From: a virus
IMG/VR virus record: IMGVR_UViG_3300020248_000002
Strand: one strand, 5' to 3'
Length of the DNA: 64,000 nt
The first letter of the stretch is position 1. Every line of letters starts with the position of its first letter. Made by a program: the position numbers and the translations under genes. The notes under the pieces were generated by a model. The model was not told where the DNA came from. It saw only the letters and a list, made by a program, of their open reading frames with translations, and ran no database searches. Below are positions 1 to 8,813 of the stretch, piece by piece.

Positions 1-62
1 CGAGAAACTACAATTTCCTAATGAGGGGTGCTTATACTAATAGCACCATTCTCAATAAGTGA

Positions 63-102
63 CACAGGTGAGAATGAAAACGATTATCATTTTCGCCTTG
101 TG
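63..102. promoter_or_regulatory. Imperfect inverted repeat (~15-bp stem) whose core AATGAAAAC-G-ATTATCATT (73-91) resembles a Fur box
   Basis: 66-77 pairs with 87-98 (two G-T pairs), and 63-65 with 100-102 after a 1-nt bulge. Core matches AATGATAAT-N-ATTATCATT at 16/18 positions. Confidence 0.45.
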
Positions 103-233
103 ACAGTTGGCAAAGTGGCATATTAAAAAATTCCATTTTGTCTAACCTACAAAAGTATAGGGTTTGCTATATTATCGAAAACGCATTTAAGGTACCCTGA
201 TATATAAAAAAAATCCCAAAAAAAATTTTACGT

Positions 234-653
234 ATGGACCATTTGCTAAAAAAGTACGAGGATGATTACTCCCCTTGGTTAGGTCGCCCTTGGAAACAGC
301 AAAGGGGTGGAGGGTGTTTCACACTCATCTATGATTATATGAAGGATACTGGAGTACAGGAGTTCTCTCAGGACTACTCTCTTACAGTTAGGGAATACAA
401 GTTAGAGGATATAGAAGGAGAGGGTTGGAGCATTATCTTCGAGAAAGAAGAAGGTGACTGTGAATTTGACTCAGGTATTTTGAAAAAGAACGACGTGATA
501 TGCTTCTCATTTGGGGGTGATAAAATAAAGCACGCAGCGATATATTTGGGTGATGGGTTAATACTTCAACACAAGTATGCGTACGTTAGTAATCTAGAAT
601 ACATAAAATCCTATATACCATTGATACGCTATATTTTACGAAAGAATGAGTAA
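234..653 (+). CDS. NlpC/P60 family (C40) cysteine peptidase-like protein
   Basis: GRPW...GGGCFTLIYDY (catalytic Cys), D(V)I(C)F, KHAAIYLGDGLILQH (His and third His); typical of phage tail-assembly K-like NlpC/P60 domains. Confidence 0.8.
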   Translation: MDHLLKKYEDDYSPWLGRPWKQQRGGGCFTLIYDYMKDTGVQEFSQDYSLTVREYKLEDIEGEGWSIIFEKEEGDCEFDSGILKKNDVICFSFGGDKIKHAAIYLGDGLILQHKYAYVSNLEYIKSYIPLIRYILRKNE

Positions 654-810
654 ACGATTTCTAGTTCCCATCGAGGAAGATGACTATGGTGAAATGACTT
701 TTAAGATACCAGATACGATAGTTGAAGAACTTGGATGGGGAGTAGGAGATATGTTACAATATGATATAGAGGACGATCATTTTATTATCCGTAAGGCAGA
801 TGACATTTAA
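646..810 (+). CDS. AbrB/MazE/SpoVT-like DNA-binding protein, 54 aa (not in ORF track)
   Basis: Hand translation MSKRFLVPIEEDDYGEMTFKIPDTIVEELGWGVGDMLQYDIEDDHFIIRKADDI; G-x3-IP-x4-LGW-x2-GD-x-L...I-I-R-K swapped-hairpin signature; overlaps upstream stop. Confidence 0.75.
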   Translation: MSKRFLVPIEEDDYGEMTFKIPDTIVEELGWGVGDMLQYDIEDDHFIIRKADDI

Positions 811-967
811 CTCAAAAGAACTTGGTTTAATCTACAAGGCAGTAGACTTGTATAAGAACTCACTGTCACAGTATCAGTCTGTGGAGTATGAAGATTGTGA
901 AGAAATATTAGATAGAATAACACCGAATGTGTCCAGATATAGGGGACACTATGTTTGTGACCACTAG
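800..967 (+). CDS. Small hypothetical protein, 55 aa (not in ORF track)
   Basis: MTFNSKELGLIYKAVDLYKNSLSQYQSVEYEDCEEILDRITPNVSRYRGHYVCDH; overlaps the previous ORF by 11 nt and fills the gap. Confidence 0.65.
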   Translation: MTFNSKELGLIYKAVDLYKNSLSQYQSVEYEDCEEILDRITPNVSRYRGHYVCDH

Positions 968-1033
968 AGAGGCATTTAGAGGGGTCTGACGTGAGAATCG
1001 TTACCCCCGCGTCGTCGTAACTATTCTGAAATC

Positions 1034-1573
1034 GTGATGAATTTTGAACTAATCGATAACTTCCTCCCCCCGAACGAATTTGAGGAGATCCAAGACTACT
1101 TTACGGGGCAAGACTTTCCGTGGTATGTAAACCAAGCGAAGGTAATGCACGTTGCCCGAATGGTAGATCCTGAGTTGCAAGCGAAAGAGATATATAACTG
1201 GCAAATGGTAAACTACGTATATGGAGGAGGACAACCTCTAGGACCTCAGTATGAGAAGGTATTACCTATAATAAACAGATTACAACCAAGAGCACTGATA
1301 CGTATAAAGGCAAACCTAAACCACCATACAGATAAACTACAGGAATATGACTTTCATACAGACTGTGGTGAGTATGGGTCTAATGAATTTGAAGGTGCTA
1401 CCACTGCAATATACTATCTAAATGACAATAATGGTTATACATACTTTCAAGACGGTACTAAAGTTGACAGTAAGGCAAATCGTTTGCTACAATTTAAGGT
1501 GAATACACCTCACGCAGGTACCAGTTGCACAGACCAAAAGTTCCGTGTAGTATTGAATTTTAATTATTTTTAA
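1034..1573 (+). CDS. 2OG-Fe(II) oxygenase superfamily protein
   Basis: IDNFL start, HTD (HxD), TAIYYLN, NRLLQF, distal His (PHAG), R-x-V-L-N-F-N C-terminus. Confidence 0.8.
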   Translation: MMNFELIDNFLPPNEFEEIQDYFTGQDFPWYVNQAKVMHVARMVDPELQAKEIYNWQMVNYVYGGGQPLGPQYEKVLPIINRLQPRALIRIKANLNHHTDKLQEYDFHTDCGEYGSNEFEGATTAIYYLNDNNGYTYFQDGTKVDSKANRLLQFKVNTPHAGTSCTDQKFRVVLNFNYF

Positions 1574-1857
1574 TGGAAAACCAAGAAGATCTAGTAATAC
1601 CTCAAGATATAGAGGTACCTAACTTTAAATCTATAGAGGAGGAGAACGAGTGGAGGTTTGAGATGATAGCAAAGACTGCTACTAACCTTGCTAACCGTAC
1701 TCAGCAGATAGAAGCATTTTTAAGTAGAGGTGCTGATATGATACAATATAAAGTTCCTGGAAACGATAATCACAGTAATCTACTACAGGTATTTGATACT
1801 ATTTTTGACAGACTAAATAAAATTGAAGAAACTCTAGCACAAATGGATGCCCGCTAA
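1573..1857 (+). CDS. Hypothetical helical protein
   Basis: 94-aa ORF coupled to upstream gene by TAATG overlap. Confidence 0.75.
   Translation: MENQEDLVIPQDIEVPNFKSIEEENEWRFEMIAKTATNLANRTQQIEAFLSRGADMIQYKVPGNDNHSNLLQVFDTIFDRLNKIEETLAQMDAR
1812..1819 (+). promoter_or_regulatory. T4-type late promoter variant (ACTAAATA)
   Basis: NNTAAATA box 27 nt upstream of the 1847 start. Confidence 0.55.
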
Positions 1858-4800
1858 GATTCTAGAAACAGGTCGTTCTTATATGAACCCTGTTGACTCT
1901 GAAGATTATACTAAGACATACACTGGAACTAATGTACCCGCAGGATACACTATACAGTTTCAAGGTGTAGGTCCTGGTGGGTACAAGTTTGGTAAAGATC
2001 AAGTATTTTACCTTGGTGAACCTACTGAGGTGTGTTTAGATAACTGTAATGCAGAGAGAACCACTATCTTTAGGTACTATAGTGGTAAGCAGCGTGATCA
2101 CGCATATACAAAGAGTGATGTTATGGAGGATACTCAGGAAGAGTTCCGTTCCTATAACAGAGAACCTCGTCAAAGGTCAGCAGCATACTTCTCTTTGATG
2201 AAAGATAGTCAAACAGGTACTTCCGCTGTGTACCGTAACTATGATTCCGTAAATAATGATACATATTTAACTACAGGAAGCGGAGGAGAGTTACTAGGGT
2301 ATATTTGGACATCTGAAAGTGCTGCTAACTCATCTGGTTTACTAAAAGGAGGAGAAAGTGTAACTCCTCTGTATGAATATAAGTTACCAAACGGAGTAAA
2401 CCGTGGTCCTGATACATTTTATACAATAAATCCCGTAACTGAGGTAAATTTAGAGGTAGGAGTTGCGGGAGTTCCTGATTGTTTGGATGCTAGACAGCAA
2501 CAATACGCATATGTGGGCATTTTTGGGTATGTAATGACCTCTACAGGTCCAAGAGGTAAGAAAAGAATAGAAAATTTAGGTGGACCGAGGAATACTGGGG
2601 AAATTTCCCGTGCAGGATGGTATAATTGGGATGAAGCGGGTAATTATGGGGAAAGAGACTACTTAGAATCGATGGATAACCCATCTCAGTCAGGTTGGGG
2701 TGGTTCTAACGTAGAAATATTGAGTACAGCAGCGTATTATGAGTGGTTTTACGGAAAAAACGGACCAGTAAAAGGTTCTGTACCAAAATCACTCAATTTT
2801 CACGATGCTTTTGAGGGACAATTCGTATATTACCTCTATGATACCTCATATCCGTGGAATGGACCCGTATATGGTATAAATTTCCTCACAACTAACGCTC
2901 CTTGTCTACAAAACTCTAATCAGCAACCTACTTATGAATATCATACCTTCAATTACACTATAAAAGAGAGTGCGTGGGTTACACAGAAGACTAGGATATA
3001 TGTTGATGCTCCTCAGAACCAAGTAGGTGCAAATGAGTCATTCTGGGGAACTTGCACTGATGAACACCGCATATTTTTTAGATATACCTCTAGCACTGGG
3101 TTTTTTGGAGTAGGAGAACGCATAAACAACTGGATGATTAGTGCGTGTCGCTATTTTGGTGATGAAATGAACTGCGGATATATGGAATTGACCCAAATAA
3201 ACAATGAAACCGCAGGAAATGCGTTCACATACAACCAATCTTTCACTTCAACCAATGGCGGGAGTATAAATGTACTAGCAGGATACGGTATAAAGGACAA
3301 AGCAGCGTTCTGGGGAGTGTATGAGTTCCCAAAAAGAGTATCTTATGTACCAGTTTCACTAAAAGAGGGTGCACTTATACCAGATCGTAACCTAGATGAG
3401 GCATTTTTAGAGGCAAGAATTGATGAATTAGGAAAAGTTGCGTCAATTAACATCATTAATAGCGGAAAAGACTACAAAGATCCCGATCTTGCGATAGAAT
3501 TTCCAGAAACATTGCGTGAACAAGGGTTTGCAGACGATATGAAGTTCCGTCAAGAGATATTTAAGAACGATACAGGTATAAATTTACAGTCAAAAGCGGT
3601 AGAAGACCCAGATTTTAAGGATGGAGAGCAAAGTTCCAAGGACGGAACAGCATCTATTCTTAATGAATCCTATAAAAACGAGTCTGGATTTAGAGGAACG
3701 TTAAGACAAGCACAGTTAAGAGCAGTTTTAGACGATCAAGGTAGTATTATAAACGTAATTATTGAAGATCCTGGTCAAGGATACAGTCCTGCGTCTCAAC
3801 CAAAGATATTAGTTGCAGAAAGATATGAGGAACAACTAGAAGAAAGGGGTACAGACAACCAAGTTCAAGATTTAGATTTACAATATAACTCAACTTTAAA
3901 GACTGGACAATTAGATCCTGAGATGCAAGAGCAGGTAAATGCCAATTTAGATAACTTTGAAGAAGATATTCCTGAGTATGATCAACCTAGAAGTGAAGGA
4001 ACAGTCACAAGTTACATTAATATGCCAGATGTTAACCCAGAAGAGATGAGTAAAGACTGTGAATCTACTCCAAAGAACTGTATTAACCTAGAAGTTGCAC
4101 CTGGATGGAGTGATATTAATAATATTTACGATACAGACACTACTTTTGCAAGTGTGCGGAGATATGCACCAGACTTTAACGAAAGAAACGCGGAAATATC
4201 GCAGATGTGGCAAATGTCCCGTGAAACATCTGATGAAGTTAACGCAGATACGGGTGGAATAGAGTCATTATATCCGCAAGGGTGTGAAGAATGGGAACAA
4301 CCAAACATATTTCACGTAAGAAGGTTCTTTGACATACCGTGTCCTTATGTAACACTAGATGCTGATGGTGAAAAGTCATTATTTGGGTTTATGCCTTACA
4401 AGTATTGTGCTAGTCAACAAGAGACTGCAAGGGTACGTGTATCTATGGAGATAGAAGGCGATGTAAGCGGTGCAGGAGCGTCTGTAAGCACTGCTTTTAA
4501 CAATTTCCTTAAAACACTACCTGCACCCACATTAACACGTCCTAGGAAGATTACAAACCTACCTAATGGAATAAAAGCACATCCTTGTTTCCAAGGAGAT
4601 GCAGAGGGTAGATGTTATCAAACCTCCGCAGGTCAATACGCATTTGTTCCTCTTGGCGGTGATGAAAATACATTTGATTACGGATTATCTGGAATGACGG
4701 AGTTAGGGCAACTACAAACGTGGATAGGAAACAATGTTAGCGGATATGGAGGAAGTACTAACTTCACTTACGGTTATAACACCGTATCAATCGCAGCGTG

Positions 4801-5155
4801 TAGCGGAGGAAAGTTACCTAATCCGTGTTGGCACAATTTTGTCACGGATGGAGTGCTAGATGTCAATAAGGGATATGATGGAGGTGGAAGTGCTCTTTCA
4901 CAAGCGGATTTGTGTAGTTCCTCACCATTACAAGCGTGTAGTGGTACAAACGGTAGTGCTCTGTACCAAGTAGTACACGCTGCTATATCCATAGATCCAA
5001 ACTTAGTCAACGCGGACAACTATATAGAGATGGGACCCTACGAGGGTACATTACTCTATCGTAATTATTCCGCAGCGAGCACAAAGTTACTAGATGACAC
5101 AATGAACAACTACGGAAACCCTTACTTTGATGAATGTGATTTAAGGTTCGACTAA
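1847..5155 (+). CDS. Large Cys-rich virion structural protein (possibly hub/spike-associated)
   Basis: 1102 aa; three N-terminal repeats (IFRYYS..DHAYT, VYRNYD..DTYLT, LYEYK..DTFYT); two I-x-I-x3-G-x-(G/D)Y-x2-P modules shared with gp7; near the PAAR gene and gp25. Confidence 0.65.
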   Translation: MPAKILETGRSYMNPVDSEDYTKTYTGTNVPAGYTIQFQGVGPGGYKFGKDQVFYLGEPTEVCLDNCNAERTTIFRYYSGKQRDHAYTKSDVMEDTQEEFRSYNREPRQRSAAYFSLMKDSQTGTSAVYRNYDSVNNDTYLTTGSGGELLGYIWTSESAANSSGLLKGGESVTPLYEYKLPNGVNRGPDTFYTINPVTEVNLEVGVAGVPDCLDARQQQYAYVGIFGYVMTSTGPRGKKRIENLGGPRNTGEISRAGWYNWDEAGNYGERDYLESMDNPSQSGWGGSNVEILSTAAYYEWFYGKNGPVKGSVPKSLNFHDAFEGQFVYYLYDTSYPWNGPVYGINFLTTNAPCLQNSNQQPTYEYHTFNYTIKESAWVTQKTRIYVDAPQNQVGANESFWGTCTDEHRIFFRYTSSTGFFGVGERINNWMISACRYFGDEMNCGYMELTQINNETAGNAFTYNQSFTSTNGGSINVLAGYGIKDKAAFWGVYEFPKRVSYVPVSLKEGALIPDRNLDEAFLEARIDELGKVASINIINSGKDYKDPDLAIEFPETLREQGFADDMKFRQEIFKNDTGINLQSKAVEDPDFKDGEQSSKDGTASILNESYKNESGFRGTLRQAQLRAVLDDQGSIINVIIEDPGQGYSPASQPKILVAERYEEQLEERGTDNQVQDLDLQYNSTLKTGQLDPEMQEQVNANLDNFEEDIPEYDQPRSEGTVTSYINMPDVNPEEMSKDCESTPKNCINLEVAPGWSDINNIYDTDTTFASVRRYAPDFNERNAEISQMWQMSRETSDEVNADTGGIESLYPQGCEEWEQPNIFHVRRFFDIPCPYVTLDADGEKSLFGFMPYKYCASQQETARVRVSMEIEGDVSGAGASVSTAFNNFLKTLPAPTLTRPRKITNLPNGIKAHPCFQGDAEGRCYQTSAGQYAFVPLGGDENTFDYGLSGMTELGQLQTWIGNNVSGYGGSTNFTYGYNTVSIAACSGGKLPNPCWHNFVTDGVLDVNKGYDGGGSALSQADLCSSSPLQACSGTNGSALYQVVHAAISIDPNLVNADNYIEMGPYEGTLLYRNYSAASTKLLDDTMNNYGNPYFDECDLRFD

Positions 5156-5325
5156 TGACTCCAACTTACCACATCTATCTAAACGAGAAGTGTTTATTCA
5201 AAAACTTAAACCAAGAAGAGTTTGATCTCATCTGGGGTAGGATATATAAGTCCTACTTTGCGGATGAACTCACATACTCTGCTGTTTTTGAAAAAGCAGA
5301 AGACTATTCAGACGCATCTTTCTAA
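5155..5325 (+). CDS. Small hypothetical protein, 56 aa (not in ORF track)
   Basis: MTPTYHIYLNEKCLFKNLNQEEFDLIWGRIYKSYFADELTYSAVFEKAEDYSDASF; TAATG coupling upstream, stop 1 nt before the PAAR ATG. Confidence 0.75.
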   Translation: MTPTYHIYLNEKCLFKNLNQEEFDLIWGRIYKSYFADELTYSAVFEKAEDYSDASF

Positions 5326-5326
5326 A

Positions 5327-5854
5327 ATGGGAAAACCAATGCCAGTTGCAAGTCATAATGGTCTACCTTGTAGTGGGCACGGGATTCCTATACCTTCAAC
5401 TATTCACGCTCAACAACCTTGCGGAAGTCCACCCATACCATTTACTATCGAGATAAAAGATAAAACTTGTTGGTGGCCACCCACTCCATTGATTCCTCTA
5501 ACTGGATTGACACCTGAGAGATCATTAGTATTAGTAAATAAACTTCCTATTATGTTGGAGATGGATGTTTTTACTCCGCACATATCTCCTACTACAAATA
5601 TCATAAATTATTTGTGTCCCTGCGGAAAAGCAATGTGTATTATTCCAACACCAATAATTTGCGGATTGTTGACTATAGAAGATAAAGGTGGTATTGGTCA
5701 CGAAAGAATTTTAAACGCTACTACATTTACAGTATTTGCCCTTAAGAGAAGAGTTGCCAGAATGCTAGACCCATTAGGTGCAGGATTACCAAAAGTATCC
5801 TGGCCGTGTAAATCGGTTGTTGCTTATGGTTCACCTACTGTTCTCTGTGGTTAA
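5327..5854 (+). CDS. PAAR-repeat spike tip protein (gp5.4-like), extended
   Basis: CSGHG, VLVNKLP..D..TPH, GHER, TVF..RVARMLDP, C-x-SVVAYGSPTV; likely true start ATG 5327 (175 aa). Confidence 0.75.
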   Translation: MGKPMPVASHNGLPCSGHGIPIPSTIHAQQPCGSPPIPFTIEIKDKTCWWPPTPLIPLTGLTPERSLVLVNKLPIMLEMDVFTPHISPTTNIINYLCPCGKAMCIIPTPIICGLLTIEDKGGIGHERILNATTFTVFALKRRVARMLDPLGAGLPKVSWPCKSVVAYGSPTVLCG

Positions 5855-5858
5855 TCCA

Positions 5859-5990
5859 ATGGAAAAGACTAAAACGAAAAGTTTTGACGAATGGATGAAG
5901 GAAATGTTAGAAGGGCAAGAAGAAGATTTGCCAGAGATTCCTGATGCGTCAGGAATAGATATAGATATAGATTATAGTCATTCACACTGA
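5859..5990 (+). CDS. Small acidic hypothetical protein, 43 aa
   Basis: MEKTKTKSFDEWMKEMLEGQEEDLPEIPDASGIDIDIDYSHSH; ATG 4 nt after the PAAR stop. Confidence 0.5.
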   Translation: MEKTKTKSFDEWMKEMLEGQEEDLPEIPDASGIDIDIDYSHSH

Positions 5991-6049
5991 GGGAGTACAA
6001 AAGATCTCCACTTAGAAGGAGTGCCCTCTTATAAAACTACATTATTACT

Positions 6050-6187
6050 ATGGCAAAAACTTTCAGTATGGGTCAAACTATTGAATCCAAACCTAAAAAA
6101 ACACGACAAGGCAGAGGACAACACAGTAAGTATTCTGCAACTTCTCGTAACAAAGCAAAAAAACGTTATCGAGGACAAGGTAAATGA
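6050..6187 (+). CDS. Small highly basic protein, 45 aa (not in ORF track)
   Basis: MAKTFSMGQTIESKPKKTRQGRGQHSKYSATSRNKAKKRYRGQGK; the RYRGQG C-terminus is one I recall in marine T4-like phages upstream of gp25. Confidence 0.75.
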   Translation: MAKTFSMGQTIESKPKKTRQGRGQHSKYSATSRNKAKKRYRGQGK

Positions 6188-6321
6188 TTCGAGTAGATAT
6201 GAGTGAAGATTTTATTAAAACTGGTGGATGGTTAGTAACTATGCCCGAACGTGATAAATACTTAAAACAAATGAAAGTTTTGAGTAATGGCGTACAAGTT
6301 CAGAGCAGAACGAACTCTTAG
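6184..6321 (+). CDS. Small hypothetical protein, 45 aa (not in ORF track)
   Basis: MIRVDMSEDFIKTGGWLVTMPERDKYLKQMKVLSNGVQVQSRTNS; ATGA overlap with upstream gene; overlaps the gp25 start. Confidence 0.5.
   Translation: MIRVDMSEDFIKTGGWLVTMPERDKYLKQMKVLSNGVQVQSRTNS
6253..6260 (+). promoter_or_regulatory. T4-type late promoter (GATAAATA)
   Basis: NATAAATA 26 nt upstream of gp25. Confidence 0.65.
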
Positions 6322-6700
6322 CAGACAATTCAAAGACTTCAGTATTCAGATGAGAGCAAATCCGAATACTGAAGATTTTACTGTGGTTAAGAATGAAAAC
6401 GCTATTAAGCAATCAGTACGTAATTTAGTATTAACTGGAATGGGTGAAAGACCATTTCAACCTAAGATTGGATCACGTTTGAGACAACTATTATTTGAAC
6501 CATATGATGTTTTTCTAGCACAAGACATAAAAGAAGAAATCATCAACGTCGTTAAAAGACTAGAACCAAGAATTAATGTTCGTCAAGTTAGAGTTTTTAA
6601 TGACCCAGAAGATGAAAACAATCTTCGTGTTGAATTTGACTATACTATTGTTGGTGAAACCTTGATACAAACTGTTGACTTCCTATTGGAGACAATATAA
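6287..6700 (+). CDS. gp25: Baseplate wedge subunit gp25
   Basis: AIKQSVRNLVLT..GERPFQP.IGS.L..LLFEP...EPRI (GPW/gp25 family). Confidence 0.95.
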   Translation: MAYKFRAERTLSRQFKDFSIQMRANPNTEDFTVVKNENAIKQSVRNLVLTGMGERPFQPKIGSRLRQLLFEPYDVFLAQDIKEEIINVVKRLEPRINVRQVRVFNDPEDENNLRVEFDYTIVGETLIQTVDFLLETI

Positions 6701-8794
6701 ATGCCCGCAATACCCTCAAATTTAACTTCTTTAGATTTTTCGGAAATAAAAGAATCTATCAAATCTTATATGAGAACTCGAACTGAGTTCACTGATTACG
6801 ATTTTGAAGGTTCTGCTGCTTCATATCTACTAGACGTACTAGCATATAATACATATTATTCTGCTTTCAACGCTAATATGGCGATGAACGAAGCATTTTT
6901 AGAGTCAGCAACAATAAGAGACAACGTAGTAAAGATAGCAAAACAGTTAAATTATACACCTAGATCAATAAAAGCAGCAAAAGCGTGTGTTGCTTTTTCT
7001 GTACAAACTACATTTGTTGGTGCTAGTACCACTTATCCATCTACTGTAACTATTCCTGCGGGTGATGTATTTGTTTCATCTGTTGATGGTCAAGCATTTA
7101 CATTTACTGTTCCAGAACAGATCACTCAAATGGTAGATCAACAGACTGGTATTGCATCTTTTAACAAAACAATCATATATCAAGGAAACTTACTTTCATA
7201 TGAGTATGATGTTGTTGATGTTAAAAAAAGAAAATATGAAATTCCTGTTGACAACATAGATACAGACTTACTTTATGTGTCTATTTCACCTAACGCTCAG
7301 AGTGAAGAGATTGACACTTATAACCAAATTACAAATATTGTTAATGTTGACGGAACAACTCGTGGATATTTCTTAGAAGAAACTGACGATTTAAGATATA
7401 CAATTATATTTGGTGATGGTGTTATTGGTAGAGAACTAATTGCAGGTGAGGTTATAAGACTGAAATATGTTAGAACAGATGGACCAGAAGCAAATGGTTG
7501 TAAGAAGTTTACTTTTATAGGTCAAGTAAGAGATAATACTGGTCGTGCTGTATCATCTGCTAACATCTCTCTAGCGACCGTAGATGCCTCTCAGGACGGT
7601 GAAATGGGAGAAGATGTTATATCCATCAAGTACAATGCTCCAAGGGCATTCAGTGCTCAAAACAGAGCAGTCACGGAGTCCGACTATGAATACATTACTA
7701 AACTGGTTTATCCTCAAGCAAAGTCTGTTACTGCATATGGTGGAGAAAGAATCTATCCACCAGTTTACGGAAAGGTCTTTGTTGCTGTAAAAACTAAGTC
7801 TGGTGCTGCATTAAACGCAACTACTAAGAAGCGTATTAAGAATGATTTGTTGAAATACTCTATGGCAGCGATCGAACCAGTTATTATCGATCCTACAACT
7901 CTATACATACGTCCTAAGACTTATGTGTTCTTTGATGGTACTTCAACAACACTTTCTAATAATGAACTTGCTTCTAGAGTTCTAGGTGCTATTGATGAGT
8001 ACAATACTCAAGGATCTGCAAATAGATTTAATGGAAGAATTGATAGATCTGCGTTCCAAACAATGATCGACCAGTCACAAAATTCCATAGTTGGTAATCA
8101 AACCACTATGACTCTTGGTTTAAATGTTACAGGATTCCCATTTGGAAGCACATTTACTCAGTGTGTAGACTTTGGTAACTCCATAGTTAATCCTGGTGAT
8201 ATTGGTGCAGGTAATCCTTCTGACTCATCTGGAGGAATAACTTGTAGTCCTAATTTCTCATCAGTAAAGACTGGTACATTCTACTCAACAGGTTATACAG
8301 AAAATTTACTAGATCTTGCTGTATCATCTCAACAACTAACTACAAACTCAGTATTGAGTATCAGTACATTTGTAGAAAATGATGCTAGTGCACTTTTACC
8401 AGTAAACGTAAGAGATGATGGTAGAGGTAGTTTGATAATGGTTACAAAACTTGATGAAAAAGAAGTTATTCTTAAATCTGGTGTTGGAACCGTAGATTAT
8501 AAAACTGGAGAAGTTTGTTTAGGTCCTATAGACGTAGCAAGTACTCCTGATGGAACAACACGTATTCCTGTTACAGTTCTGCTAGATAGTGGTAATGTAA
8601 ATATAGGAACTGGTGTAGATCCTACTATTTTCAACCCACAAGTAATTACTATAGATTACACCATTGATGGAACTAATATTCCAAACTTCGATCCGTTAGA
8701 CTTTACTCCAATTAACTTTGACGGAACCTCGATAAATATAATTGATTATCCAACCACGGTATTTGAATACCCTGAGTTTGACACTTGCTTCTAA
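6701..8794 (+). CDS. gp6: Baseplate wedge subunit gp6
   Basis: LDF..IK, FTDYDFEGS, LLDVLAYNTYY, EAFLESAT.R, FGDGVIG, AQNRAVT..DY. Confidence 0.95.
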   Translation: MPAIPSNLTSLDFSEIKESIKSYMRTRTEFTDYDFEGSAASYLLDVLAYNTYYSAFNANMAMNEAFLESATIRDNVVKIAKQLNYTPRSIKAAKACVAFSVQTTFVGASTTYPSTVTIPAGDVFVSSVDGQAFTFTVPEQITQMVDQQTGIASFNKTIIYQGNLLSYEYDVVDVKKRKYEIPVDNIDTDLLYVSISPNAQSEEIDTYNQITNIVNVDGTTRGYFLEETDDLRYTIIFGDGVIGRELIAGEVIRLKYVRTDGPEANGCKKFTFIGQVRDNTGRAVSSANISLATVDASQDGEMGEDVISIKYNAPRAFSAQNRAVTESDYEYITKLVYPQAKSVTAYGGERIYPPVYGKVFVAVKTKSGAALNATTKKRIKNDLLKYSMAAIEPVIIDPTTLYIRPKTYVFFDGTSTTLSNNELASRVLGAIDEYNTQGSANRFNGRIDRSAFQTMIDQSQNSIVGNQTTMTLGLNVTGFPFGSTFTQCVDFGNSIVNPGDIGAGNPSDSSGGITCSPNFSSVKTGTFYSTGYTENLLDLAVSSQQLTTNSVLSISTFVENDASALLPVNVRDDGRGSLIMVTKLDEKEVILKSGVGTVDYKTGEVCLGPIDVASTPDGTTRIPVTVLLDSGNVNIGTGVDPTIFNPQVITIDYTIDGTNIPNFDPLDFTPINFDGTSINIIDYPTTVFEYPEFDTCF
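8731..8738 (+). promoter_or_regulatory. Possible late promoter (GATAAATA) for gp7
   Basis: NATAAATA within the gp6 3' end, 75 nt upstream of gp7. Confidence 0.45.
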
Positions 8795-8813
8795 GCACCA
8801 AAAATAATAAGAG

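Noticed and set aside
646-967. Classical type II toxin-antitoxin pair
   Set aside because: The second ORF is too short and shows no MazF, VapC or Doc motifs
5222-5326. N-terminal extension of the PAAR ORF in the track
   Set aside because: Overlaps a better coupled ORF (5155-5325); ATG 5327 fits the PAAR start
5989-6028. GAGGG...CTCC-N8-GGAG..CCCTC hairpin as terminator or ncRNA
   Set aside because: Short interrupted stems and no U-tract; insufficient support
6021-6206. 61-aa ORF in the track
   Set aside because: The alternative frame 6050-6187 gives a recognisable basic protein with coupled stop/start
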